From contig JBFWWG010000009.1 in the NCBI GenBank assembly GCA_050246315.1, forward strand, positions 32,001 to 96,000: a stretch of DNA of 64,000 nt, given 5' to 3'. The notes under the pieces are model-generated. The model saw nothing but the letters and a program-made list of their open reading frames with translations. It was not told the origin of the DNA and ran no database searches. Source of the stretch: Nitrospiraceae bacterium (lineage in GTDB: Bacteria; Nitrospirota; Nitrospiria; Nitrospirales; Nitrospiraceae). Both the position numbers and the translations under genes were made by a program. The stretch's first letter is position 1; every line of letters begins with the position of its first letter. Positions 20,610-32,526 of this stretch are shown piece after piece.

Positions 20610-21089
20610 CTATTTCACGAACACCTTCTCGCGCTGGATTTTCTCCTGCAATTTCATCAGCCCGTCCAGCAGGGCCTCGGGCCGCGGCGGACAACCGGGG
20701 ATATAGACATCCACCGGCACGATTTGATCCACCCCCTGCACCACACTGTAACTGTTGTAATGGTTGCCTGAGGTGGCGCAGGATCCCATGGAGATCACGT
20801 AGCGCGGCTCGGGCATCTGGTCGTAAATCCGGCGGATGACCGGAGCCATCTTGCGCGTCACCGTGCCCGCGACGATCATGAGGTCGGATTGACGCGGAGA
20901 AGCGCGGAAGACGCCGGCGCCGAACCGGTCGATGTCGTAACGCGACGAGACGGCCGCAATCATTTCGATCGCGCAGCAGGCCAACCCGAACGTCATCGGC
21001 CAGAGCGCGGACTTGCGGGCCCACCCGACCAACGCATCCAGGTTCGTGGTGATGATGTTCGGCTCGAATTGCCGCTCGAGAACGCTCAC
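20610..21089 (-). CDS. nuoB: NADH-quinone oxidoreductase subunit B
   Basis: [31 protein letters not shown]. Confidence 0.96.
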   Translation of the reverse strand: MSVLERQFEPNIITTNLDALVGWARKSALWPMTFGLACCAIEMIAAVSSRYDIDRFGAGVFRASPRQSDLMIVAGTVTRKMAPVIRRIYDQMPEPRYVISMGSCATSGNHYNSYSVVQGVDQIVPVDVYIPGCPPRPEALLDGLMKLQEKIQREKVFVK

Positions 21090-21134
21090 GTCATTCGCTC
21101 CAGTGCTGAGTGCTGACCTATTGGAATCATCCTG

Positions 21135-21506
21135 CTAATCCCACTCCAGGGCGCCCTTTTTCCACGCATACCATAAGCCCACGACCAGGATGGCGATGAA
21201 CAGCATCATTTCAAGCAGCCCGACCAGTCCGATCTTCTGAAAGACCACGGCCCAGGGAAACAGAAACACGACTTCGATATCGAAAATCACGAAGAGCATC
21301 GCGATGACGTAATACCGCATCGGGAACTGCACCCGCGCATCCTGAAACAGCGGGCTTCCGCTCTCGTAGGGGACCAGTTTGGCCTTGTAGGGCCGATGTG
21401 GACGTACGATCTTACCGGCTACCAGCGACACCAGCCCGAACGCCAGCGCGATGCCGATGAACAGCAGGATCGGAATATAATTGAGGGGCGTTGCCTCGGT
21501 AGCCAT
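21135..21506 (-). CDS. nuoA: NADH-quinone oxidoreductase subunit A
   Basis: PYESG, YYVIAMLFVIFDIE, KKGALEW. Confidence 0.95.
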   Translation of the reverse strand: MATEATPLNYIPILLFIGIALAFGLVSLVAGKIVRPHRPYKAKLVPYESGSPLFQDARVQFPMRYYVIAMLFVIFDIEVVFLFPWAVVFQKIGLVGLLEMMLFIAILVVGLWYAWKKGALEWD

Positions 21507-21510
21507 CGCG

Positions 21511-22764
21511 CTATTGCACCTCGAACCCGGTGGACGGTTGAAGGATGGAGCCGAAGAAGGGCTGGTGGTTCAACCCTTCCAACCCCTGCCCGCTCGTCGC
21601 CGCCAAGCCCTTTTGCTGGATCAGGAGCTTGAAGGTCCGCCCCATGCCTTCTGGCCGCAACAATTGGACGATTGCCTGAAATTCCGGCGAGCCAGGCTCC
21701 AGCGATTCGAGAAACGATTCCACGCCCAAACTGATGAGGAAGCTCATCTGGTTGGTGAAGCCCGTCAGGTCCAGCCCGACTTCCCGACCAACCTGGGCCA
21801 GGGTCGTGAAATCCACGTGGCTGGTCAAGTCCTGTTCACCGACCCGGATCAACGGATTCTCCGCGATCATGTGCCGGTAGTATCCCAGCAATGTGCCTTG
21901 CCGACGATCCGGTCCATAGAGGTCATGGGCGGCATGGCCGTAGTCGATCGTGATCACGTAACCTCGAGCAAGGGTGCGGGCGATCTCCCGCATCCAACCC
22001 ACGGCGGCGAGATTCACCTCGGCGCAGGCGTCTTCCGGCAGTGTGATGCCCGCGCGGGAAAAATAGTCGGACAGGGCCGGTGTGGATAGAGGCCCCGGAG
22101 TTTCTTGAAATTGGTCTTGCGAGAGGCTCACGTAGAGTTCCTCCAGCCGGCCCTGCCTCATCCGGACTCGATGGACTGGAAAGGCATCCACCAATTCATT
22201 GGACAGCAGCACCCCGGTGACGCTCTCCTCGCCCAACGAGGTCAAGTCCTCCGCCCACACCACCTTTCCCGGAATCGAGACCCACTCGGCCAGGTTCTCC
22301 TGTTGGACGCGCCGATGCACCGGACTCCGGTCCACCAACACGTAGCTCCCCCGGGCAAACAGATCTTTGTATCGCTCGGACCAACAGGTCAGGATGTCCC
22401 TAGCCAAGAGGCCCTTCCCGGCCCCCATTTCGACGACGGTGAACGGCGACGGATGGCCAAGGACTTCATCCATTTGAGCCAGTTGCTTGGCGAGCGCCCA
22501 TCCGATGGCTCCATGCACGTCTGAACTGGTGTAGTAGTCTCCGTTCCATCCGATACGCTCGCCGATGTCTCCATGATCCGGGTCGGAAGGTAACCGGGTG
22601 TAGTATCCGTACGTTGGATGATACAGCGCCAAGTCCATGAAATGAGCAAAGGTGATCGGACCGGCCTGCTCGATTTCATCACGGATCAGACAGAGCAACT
22701 CTGGCACACCCTCGCTTGGAGACTCTCGTTTTGTCGAGTGAGTATCAGTCGATGCCAGCTTCAA
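21511..22764 (-). CDS. SAM-dependent methyltransferase, NDUFAF7/MidA (DUF185) family; start uncertain
   Basis: ITFAHFM..ALYHP.YGYY, GDYYTS, VEMGAGKG, SNELVDAFP, IDYG, QDLTSHVDF. Confidence 0.88.
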   Translation of the reverse strand: MKLASTDTHSTKRESPSEGVPELLCLIRDEIEQAGPITFAHFMDLALYHPTYGYYTRLPSDPDHGDIGERIGWNGDYYTSSDVHGAIGWALAKQLAQMDEVLGHPSPFTVVEMGAGKGLLARDILTCWSERYKDLFARGSYVLVDRSPVHRRVQQENLAEWVSIPGKVVWAEDLTSLGEESVTGVLLSNELVDAFPVHRVRMRQGRLEELYVSLSQDQFQETPGPLSTPALSDYFSRAGITLPEDACAEVNLAAVGWMREIARTLARGYVITIDYGHAAHDLYGPDRRQGTLLGYYRHMIAENPLIRVGEQDLTSHVDFTTLAQVGREVGLDLTGFTNQMSFLISLGVESFLESLEPGSPEFQAIVQLLRPEGMGRTFKLLIQQKGLAATSGQGLEGLNHQPFFGSILQPSTGFEVQ

Positions 22765-22810
22765 GAGACACCAAGAGCCCCGAGACTTTTGTCCGGAAAA
22801 AGAGGGGCTT

Positions 22811-22840
22811 AGGGTAGCGGTTCGGCGCGCGCAAAGTCAA
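22811..22840 (-). promoter_or_regulatory. Putative sigma70 promoter of the methyltransferase-nuo operon
   Basis: Minus strand TTGACT-N18-TACCCT. Confidence 0.45.
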
Positions 22841-23048
22841 TCGCGAGAGAGGAAGAAGGAAAACCGAAGAAGGACCTTCTGCGAGGTGTAGCAGCCAGTC
22901 ATAGCTTCCGTGCAGAGGATCTCGTGTAGTAGAGTCCGAAACGTCGCCCAATGATGAGTCTGGCCACCAGAGTGAGTCGAGCGTCGCTTTCGTGGTGATC
23001 GGACCGAGTCGGCCAATGTCCGAAAAATGAAATCCTGAGTATGACACG

Positions 23049-24578
23049 ATGTTCCCACCTCGCTGTAGGCGGTCACGCGCACCGGCTGTGGCCTTGATCG
23101 CCGTTTTAACGTTGAACGGTTGCGGCGGTGGAGACAGCACCGGTACGCCGCCGGTGATACAAGCCCCAACCGGATTATCGTATCCAACGCCTCCGACCTA
23201 TTTTGTGGGGGCGGCGATCGATACGCTGACGCCGACTGTCACGGGCATGCCCACAGCATACAGCGTGTCGCCGGCGCTCCCGCTCGGGCTGACCTTGAAT
23301 CCGACTCACGGCTGGATCACCGGCACGCCAGCCGTGCCGATACCGGCGGCAAGCTATGTCATCCGGGCGGAGAATGCGGGTGGCGCGGCGAGTACATCCC
23401 TTCTCATCACCGTTGATCCGCCCGCTCCGGTGCTCCGACTGGAACCGATCAGCGGGACGACCATCGGCATCGGGCAAGCCCTGGACCTCCACGTGGCCTA
23501 TAGGAGCCTGAGCACGGACCCCTATCCGGCCTATGTCGACAAAGATCAGGTCGCGTGGAATTCCTCGCAGCCTGCGATTGCGACCGTCGGACCAGATGGA
23601 GTGGTGTCTGGGGTGAGTCAGGGGACGACCATGATCACGGCATCGTACCGATCCCTCTCGAAGCAAGTTCCGATTGGAGTCGGTGGCACCTATCTCAACA
23701 GAGAGGTGACCGTACCCGGTCAAGGAAGCCGACGGTACGCCATACTGTCTCCCTCCGGGGTGGCTGCCGGCAAGCCGCTACCGGTGCTGGTGACCATGCA
23801 TGGCGGTGGTGGAACGGCTCGCATCCAAGCATCCACGTCTCTGCTCAGCGCGCTCGCCCAAACGCGGAAGGTACTGGTGGTCTACCTCGAAGGCAGCGGA
23901 GTCATCCAGACGTTTAACGCCGGAAGCTGCTGTGGATATGCCCAAACCAACCAGGTTGACGATGTGACCTACGTGCGTGCCGTGTTGGACGATCTTGCGG
24001 TGCGTGACGTGATCGATCCCGCCCGTATCTATGCTACAGGGTTTTCAAACGGCGGCATGATGGCGCATCGTCTTGCCTGCGCGCTGGCCGATCGACTGGC
24101 GGGCATTGCGGCGATCGCAGGGGCGTCGGGACAGTTTGACAAGGATCTTAACCAGTTCTATGCCTGCAATCCCGCACGTCCCATCCCCGTTCTCCACGTG
24201 CACGCCACGAACGATCGCAATTACCCGTTCACCGGAGGCGTGGGAAGCGGGATCTCCAGTACAAATTTCTATCCCGTCGCCTCGACGGTCTCCGATTGGA
24301 TTGTCCGCAACAATGTTACGGCACAGGCCGTGACAGAATTCCTCGCACCGACCACGATCTGTGTGCGATATGCCAGTCCGGCGGATGCGGCGAAGCCGAG
24401 TGCCCCCGTAACCCTGTGCACCGTCGATCCGCCGGATGTGTACGACCCTACGACCGAAGTCGTATTCGGAGGCGGGCATTCCTGGCCAGGCGGGAACCGC
24501 TCGCCCTCTCCTTCCAGCGATGTGCCGGTGACGGATTTCAGCGCCAATGACTACATGTGGCGCTACTTCGGCAACTGA
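23049..24578 (+). CDS. Lipoprotein with Ig-like domains and a PHB-depolymerase/LpqC-like esterase domain
   Basis: Lipobox LNGC; putative-Ig repeat (LPLGLTLNP..G.ITGTP); Big_2-like (WNSSQPAIATV); MHGGGG, FNAGSCC, DDV, GFSNGG, GGHSWPG. Confidence 0.8.
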   Translation: MFPPRCRRSRAPAVALIAVLTLNGCGGGDSTGTPPVIQAPTGLSYPTPPTYFVGAAIDTLTPTVTGMPTAYSVSPALPLGLTLNPTHGWITGTPAVPIPAASYVIRAENAGGAASTSLLITVDPPAPVLRLEPISGTTIGIGQALDLHVAYRSLSTDPYPAYVDKDQVAWNSSQPAIATVGPDGVVSGVSQGTTMITASYRSLSKQVPIGVGGTYLNREVTVPGQGSRRYAILSPSGVAAGKPLPVLVTMHGGGGTARIQASTSLLSALAQTRKVLVVYLEGSGVIQTFNAGSCCGYAQTNQVDDVTYVRAVLDDLAVRDVIDPARIYATGFSNGGMMAHRLACALADRLAGIAAIAGASGQFDKDLNQFYACNPARPIPVLHVHATNDRNYPFTGGVGSGISSTNFYPVASTVSDWIVRNNVTAQAVTEFLAPTTICVRYASPADAAKPSAPVTLCTVDPPDVYDPTTEVVFGGGHSWPGGNRSPSPSSDVPVTDFSANDYMWRYFGN

Positions 24579-24663
24579 GATGGCGTCGGGAAGGTGGCGC
24601 CGCGCCTGCCCAGTGCCGGCTCTCGTCATGCATGCGGAACGTTTTTCTCAGGGATCGAGGTGG

Positions 24664-24737
24664 GGGCGTGCTCTCATCGCGGCCGCCGAGCGAGAGACTT
24701 CTTAAGCGCGGGCTCCGGGAGCACCAGAGTCACGCCC
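24664..24737. repeat. Structured element just downstream of secA, related to the nuoCD-nuoE insert
   Basis: gggcgtg/cacgccc closing stem; shares gcggccg and gctccgggagcac with 18670-18749. Confidence 0.55.
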
Positions 24738-24757
24738 AACCCAGGTCCCCCTCCCCA

Positions 24758-27460
<2,703 letters not shown>

Positions 27461-27587
27461 AGTGGCTCTGTCATCTCGTCGGGGAATTCATCCTGTTTGC
27501 CTCAGGCGGGAGACCAGGCGTAATGGCCGGAGTATACAGCAAACGAAAGAACGAATCATACCAAGAAAGACGATCGGACTGCCAGAC

Positions 27588-27617
27588 TTGACAGGAGGCC
27601 GCCGAAATTCTTAGCAT
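27588..27617 (+). promoter_or_regulatory. Putative sigma70 promoter
   Basis: TTGACA-N18-TAGCAT, 8 nt before ATG 27626. Confidence 0.55.
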
Positions 27618-27625
27618 CAGGGCGG

Positions 27626-27982
27626 ATGTTTACGTACCTCTCGTCGAGATCCATTGCGATGGCCGCCAGCCGGTCGATCACCGGTGCGCGCCCTGTGGTT
27701 GCGCTCGTTCTCGTCGTCCTGCTGATCGGGCTCTCCGCAATGCTCTACCCGGCCAGCGTGCCCCATCTGATGCACCACGCGCAGCACCAGACGGGCACGC
27801 ACGGGACGGCTCTCTGTTCCTGGGAGTGTGCCGCGGGGCAGGTGGCGGACCACGGCGCCCTCAATCTGCCTTTTGTATCGCTCGCCTCAGAGCGCGCGTT
27901 TCTCTTGCAGGGCCGCGTCTCCCCCTCTCTGCTTGCGGTCGAAGGATCTTCCCGTTCCCCGCCATCCGTTCATACCGCCTAG
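27626..27982 (+). CDS. DUF2946-like leader protein (TM, His-rich, CxxxC, C-terminal RSPP)
   Basis: Hydrophobic segment, HLMHHAQH..H, CSWEC, SSRSPP. Confidence 0.65.
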   Translation: MFTYLSSRSIAMAASRSITGARPVVALVLVVLLIGLSAMLYPASVPHLMHHAQHQTGTHGTALCSWECAAGQVADHGALNLPFVSLASERAFLLQGRVSPSLLAVEGSSRSPPSVHTA

Positions 27983-28099
27983 CTCTCCAAACCTGACATC
28001 CGTCGTTACGTTTCACGCGTAGACATGAAGGATGGTGAGGCGTCCCGCGCCGCCCGAGTGGGCGGGGGAAGGACCCATCCGTAAAGAAGGGAAAGGCAC

Positions 28100-29377
28100 A
28101 TGCGATCCGTCTCGATCGCCCGTTGCGCATTCGCATTATTGGTTGGCGCCATCGGCTCGTTCTTGGAAGCCGGGGCGGTGGATGGGGCGCCGACCCTGGA
28201 TGCGCTGATTCTTGATTCGCCGAAAACGCTGGTGGAAACCCCCGGGCAACTGTCGCCGCCGGCGCTCCAATTCAACCAGGAGGGCCATCTCTACGTGGCG
28301 TGGTTTGAAAAACAGGAGGGGGGAGCGAACGTTAAGGTGGCGCGGGTCGAGGGCGAAGCGGTCTCCAGAGCGATTCAGGTCAACCGCGACGGGGAGGGGC
28401 CTGGCGCCGTGCATCAATCCCCCGGTGTGGCGGTCGGAGCCGGCGGTAGCCTGTACGTGACGTGGTCGTCGGCCAATCAGACGCCGGGAGCGATGTTCGC
28501 GTCGGACCTGCGGCTCGCCCGATCAAGCGACGGCGGCCGCACCTTCGCATCTCCAGTTCCGGTCAATGACGATGGCCTGCCGATCTCGCACTCCTTTGAA
28601 GATATCACGGTCGTTCCCGAAGGAGATGTCTACCTGGCTTGGTTGGACGGACGAAACAAGGAACGGAGCGGAGCGGGAATTCTCTTTGCCCGATCCACGG
28701 ATCATGGCCGCTCGATCGAGCGCAATCTCCAGATCGACGGCATGGCCTGTCCCTGCTGCCGTCCCATGCTGGCGAAGGCCCCGGACGGCCACCTCTGGGT
28801 CGCGTGGCGAAAGGTGTTGGACGGGAACGTGCGCGACATTGTCATTGCCAAATCCGCCGATCGCGGCCGTTCCTTTGATCCCCCGAGGCTTGTGCGGAAG
28901 GACAACTGGGTCTTCACAGCCTGTCCGCACCGAGGGCCCTCGCTGGCGTTCGATCGGTTCGGGCGGATGTATGTCGGATGGTATACGGAAGGGACGGATG
29001 AGCAGCCGCGTCTCTTTGTGGCCACGTCCGACGACCAAGGAAACACGTTTACGGAGCCTGTTCCTCTGCATGTCTCCACGACGTCCGTGCCCGATCAGTT
29101 GCGGATGGCCGTGCATCCCGACGGAGCAATCGTTGCCGTGTGGGAAGAGCTGACCGGGGTCCGAAAGGAAACCGTGATGCGCCTCTCCATGGATCGAGGC
29201 CGATCATTCGGTCCGGTCAAGAAGCTGAGCGCCGCCGCCAAGGCCGAACACCCGACTGTGGCCATCGATCGGAGCGGTCGTGTCGCGCTCAGTTGGTCGG
29301 AACATACATTCCCGATGAACCGACTGTTGGTGCAACAGGGACAACTTGATTTGAACGAGATCACCGGAAAGCCATGA
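28100..29377 (+). CDS. Exported BNR/Asp-box (sialidase-like) beta-propeller protein
   Basis: Repeated SxDxGxTF boxes; CPCC and CPH motifs. Confidence 0.8.
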   Translation: MRSVSIARCAFALLVGAIGSFLEAGAVDGAPTLDALILDSPKTLVETPGQLSPPALQFNQEGHLYVAWFEKQEGGANVKVARVEGEAVSRAIQVNRDGEGPGAVHQSPGVAVGAGGSLYVTWSSANQTPGAMFASDLRLARSSDGGRTFASPVPVNDDGLPISHSFEDITVVPEGDVYLAWLDGRNKERSGAGILFARSTDHGRSIERNLQIDGMACPCCRPMLAKAPDGHLWVAWRKVLDGNVRDIVIAKSADRGRSFDPPRLVRKDNWVFTACPHRGPSLAFDRFGRMYVGWYTEGTDEQPRLFVATSDDQGNTFTEPVPLHVSTTSVPDQLRMAVHPDGAIVAVWEELTGVRKETVMRLSMDRGRSFGPVKKLSAAAKAEHPTVAIDRSGRVALSWSEHTFPMNRLLVQQGQLDLNEITGKP

Positions 29378-30648
29378 CTCAAACGGGTGTGCTCATGACC
29401 TATGATGTTCGATGCCGGATATCGGGATGGGTAGCGTCCTCGGTGCTCCATTTGTGCGCCGTCGGCCTGGCCGTCATACTTGTCGAGGAAATGAAGCCTC
29501 CGGCCGATCCCTCTCCCTTTCAGTGGGAGGTCGCGCTGATTGAAGCCGTCAACAGGTCCGATTCTCCGCAAGCGGCGGCATCGCCAGCCGACCCGGCGCC
29601 CTCGCCTCCTAAGGTTGATCAGAGCGTTCCTCCAACACCCACAGTGGTGACCAGGCAGGTCCATACGAGGGTTGAGACAAGGGTGGCGCAGGGCCGGCCA
29701 GATCGAATCGATCGCCAGGTCCAGCCGGTTAAACAGCGAGAAGAAGCCGTTCAGGAACCGACGACGCAGGCCGTCCAACCCGTGATAGAAACCGCGATGG
29801 CCGACGAGCAGCAGCCCATCCAGGAGCGAGCTGCGATCCTGTCGGCGAATGCCGCGAAGACTGCCGTGGAATCCGTTCCGGTGGAGTCGCCTACGACGAT
29901 CGATCGAATCGAATCGACACCGGCCGTCGTCTCGACGGCAACGACTGACGTGGCTCGTACGGTCGCGGCCAATCACGCCGAGGAGTCTGTGAGTGCGCCT
30001 GTCGTTGAGCGCGGCGCACCGGTCGAGAGCGCCGCGCCTATCGTCGAGTCGAGGCAACCGCTGGTCGCCCAGGCCGTGACGAGCGGGGCGGAATCGGTCG
30101 TGCCGAAGGAGGAGCGCACCGCGGTCGTGACGGCACAGGAGATTTACGAGACGCCCGTACCGGCCACCGTGACGCAACAGGTGGCGGCCCTGCCTCCCGC
30201 GGCTGAGGCCGGATCGGTCAAGACGGCGCCGGAATCTCCACCGTCGGATGCGGCGCCGGAGGCCGTTCGGTCGCCCATTAGTGAGCAGAAGGAAGCGGTT
30301 GGACGCGAGACAGATCAGGTCGTTGCCAAATCGTCGAGACAGACACCCGGGACGAAGGCGGATTACCGTTGGTTGGCTGAATCGCTCTACCACCGCATTG
30401 CGGAGTTGAAGCGCTATCCGAGCGCTGCACGGCTGAACGGATGGGAAGGGAAGGTCGTGCTTCGCGCCGTGATCAAAGCCGATGGCAATCTGGCCGATCT
30501 GCGGGTTCAGAAGAGTTCCGGGTTCGATGCCTTGGATCAGGCCGCGCTCGACACGGTCCGCCAAGCCTGTCCGCTGCATCTGAAGCATGAGCTGGGCCGA
30601 CCCGAGGTGGTGGTGAGTTTGCCGATCGTCTACAGCTTGTCGAACTGA
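29374..30648 (+). CDS. Energy transducer TonB family protein
   Basis: N-terminal SVLH anchor, long P/E/V/A linker, C-terminal YPSAARLNGWEGKV..SSG..LDQAA. Confidence 0.85.
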   Translation: MTQTGVLMTYDVRCRISGWVASSVLHLCAVGLAVILVEEMKPPADPSPFQWEVALIEAVNRSDSPQAAASPADPAPSPPKVDQSVPPTPTVVTRQVHTRVETRVAQGRPDRIDRQVQPVKQREEAVQEPTTQAVQPVIETAMADEQQPIQERAAILSANAAKTAVESVPVESPTTIDRIESTPAVVSTATTDVARTVAANHAEESVSAPVVERGAPVESAAPIVESRQPLVAQAVTSGAESVVPKEERTAVVTAQEIYETPVPATVTQQVAALPPAAEAGSVKTAPESPPSDAAPEAVRSPISEQKEAVGRETDQVVAKSSRQTPGTKADYRWLAESLYHRIAELKRYPSAARLNGWEGKVVLRAVIKADGNLADLRVQKSSGFDALDQAALDTVRQACPLHLKHELGRPEVVVSLPIVYSLSN

Positions 30649-30664
30649 TGCAACGCGAGGGCTT

Positions 30665-31237
30665 GTGATGCGCGCGAACAGACTGAGCGGCGGAAGGATC
30701 AGAGCCCGGACCCTGTGGGGGCTGTGCCTGGCCGGTCTCATCCTCTGGATGCCGGGATGGCCGGCGCACGCGGATGATCCGATGACGGCCATGAAAATGG
30801 CGCGCGTCCCTCCGGGGACGACCGCGGTGTCATTCGAGCTGCCTTCCTTGGACGGTGGCAGGATGCGGTTGCAAGACTTTGCGGGGAAGGTCGTGCTGCT
30901 CAACTTCTGGGCCACCTGGTGCGGGCCATGCAGGGACGAAATGCCGTCGCTGGGACGATTGCGGGAGCGGCTCGATCCGAAGTCATTTGCGGTCGTCACG
31001 ATGACGACCGATGTGCAGAAGGAAGGGATTCGACAGTTCTTGGCGCAACTTCGAGTGATGTTGCCCGTCCTCTTCGACGAGCAGCAGGACGTGTCGCGCG
31101 CGTTCATGGTGCGTGGGCTGCCGACGACGGTGCTGATCGGGGCGGACGGCGCGCTGCTCGCTCGTGCCGTCGGACCGAGAGAATGGGACAGCGCGCCGGC
31201 CTTGGCAGTCATGCGACAGGCCTTAGCCCGGGAATAA
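30665..31237 (+). CDS. TlpA-like thiol:disulfide oxidoreductase
   Basis: LNFWATWCGPCRDEMP, GLPTT, GPREWD. Confidence 0.9.
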   Translation: MMRANRLSGGRIRARTLWGLCLAGLILWMPGWPAHADDPMTAMKMARVPPGTTAVSFELPSLDGGRMRLQDFAGKVVLLNFWATWCGPCRDEMPSLGRLRERLDPKSFAVVTMTTDVQKEGIRQFLAQLRVMLPVLFDEQQDVSRAFMVRGLPTTVLIGADGALLARAVGPREWDSAPALAVMRQALARE

Positions 31238-31294
31238 AGAGGGAACGGTGATCCGGGAGTGGAGCAGGCTCTCGCGAAGCCGCGCCATAGGTGG

Positions 31295-31431
31295 ATGGAC
31301 GCTATGCACAAGGTTCTCGAGCGCGTCAACGAGGCTGCGGAGGTGTTGAGCGTCAGCCGCTGGACGGTTTCCGGTGGCTGGAAGAAGGGAACCTGAGGGG
31401 AAGCAATCGACAGGGGAAGTCGCGGGTATAG
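31295..31431 (+). pseudogene. Frameshifted excisionase-like HTH (HTH_17) remnant
   Basis: VNEAAEVLSVSRWTV in one frame continues as RWLEEGNLRG after a 1-nt shift near 31370. Confidence 0.6.
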
Positions 31432-31492
31432 GCATCCGTCGGTCGGCCACCAGGGATGAAGGCGGACACCGCATCGGGCTGACAACACCTCC

Positions 31493-31813
31493 ATGGCACA
31501 GCGCACCTTCCGAATCCACATCTGGACGGCCGGTTACCTGGCGGCGACCTATGCTGTCCTGTTGCTGCTCGTGGCGGTCTGTTCCGCCGAGCCGCATCCG
31601 GCCTTCACCCATGCACACCACGGCCCGCAAGCCGTGCATTCGCTCCTCTGCGTTTGGGCCTGCCAAGCGGCCTCTGGGGAACAGATCGGCGCCGCCGAAG
31701 CGGTCGTGGCATACCAGCCCTTGATCTTCCTCGTCGCTCCATCTCACCTGACCTCTCTCCCTTCAATCGATCCAACCGGCTGTTCCAGCCGGGCTCCGCC
31801 ACAATCCGCGTAA
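31493..31813 (+). CDS. DUF2946-like leader protein (TM, His-rich, CxxxC, C-terminal RAPP)
   Basis: Hydrophobic segment, HAHHG..VHS, CVWAC, SSRAPP; paralog-like to 27626-27982. Confidence 0.65.
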   Translation: MAQRTFRIHIWTAGYLAATYAVLLLLVAVCSAEPHPAFTHAHHGPQAVHSLLCVWACQAASGEQIGAAEAVVAYQPLIFLVAPSHLTSLPSIDPTGCSSRAPPQSA

Positions 31814-32088
31814 CAAGCTCGGCGTATCCGGCGTTCGGGGAGTGCCGCATCCTGTCTCTGAAGCAGGCGCCTGGCCATCAACCCGTTGTCATCAGTCGCT
31901 ATTCAACATCCTGGTTTGCCGTGAAGGGCCATTCTGGCGCGTGTGCGTGGCGTCAGTGACAGGGGAACGATTGAGAGTGGGTCCGAGACGCCGGGCTGCC
32001 TCCTTGGCCTGGACTGACACAGGGAAGCGACGCTCATTCCCAAGGGTCCCTTCCTCCCCTCTCCCTTGGGGCGAGATGGAGATGGTTC

Positions 32089-32526
32089 ATGAAGCCTGAC
32101 TTTCAGATCGACCTCGCGCGGATCGTATTGGCGACGGCGGTACGATGGGTCGCCGACCCTGCGACAGGGACGCTTTCACATCCCTATCTTCAGTGCGGTC
32201 TCCGAATGTGTGACGGCAAACGGCGGCGGGCAGCTTGTCGTCCAGATCGTGGGTCGGGTGTGCCACGACCAGCGGCATCACATCAAGGCGACCTAGTGAC
32301 GGTGCACGTAGAGACCGCGAAAGATTTTCGTCTAGCCGTACAGGCGGAGGCGGATGAAATCGCCCACCTGCCCGGCTGGATCGTGAGCAACGCGGAGGAT
32401 GGCGCCCTTCCCGGCAATCCGCTCGACGACTTCGAGGCCGTGCAGGCGATCCGCCTTCGAGTCAAGCAAGGCCGCCTGGTCCACGACTCAAACCGGCTCA
32501 AACCTGATGAAAGGATGCGTGGATGA
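32089..32526 (+). pseudogene. Probable amidohydrolase remnant
   Basis: HVETAKDF..A..ADEIAHLPG directly joined to GNPLDDFEAVQAIRLRVKQGRLV (amidohydrolase C-terminus); most of the barrel is missing. Confidence 0.45.

Noticed and set aside
28100..29377. True sialidase
   Set aside because: Only Asp-boxes are evident; no (F)RIP motif was seen, and the context is metal uptake.
29095..31521. 808-aa minus-strand ORF and other long antisense ORFs (e.g. 5819-7540, 26006-27523, 44803-46284)
   Set aside because: Shadows of well-supported genes in GC-rich DNA; no motifs, Arg/Gly-biased composition.
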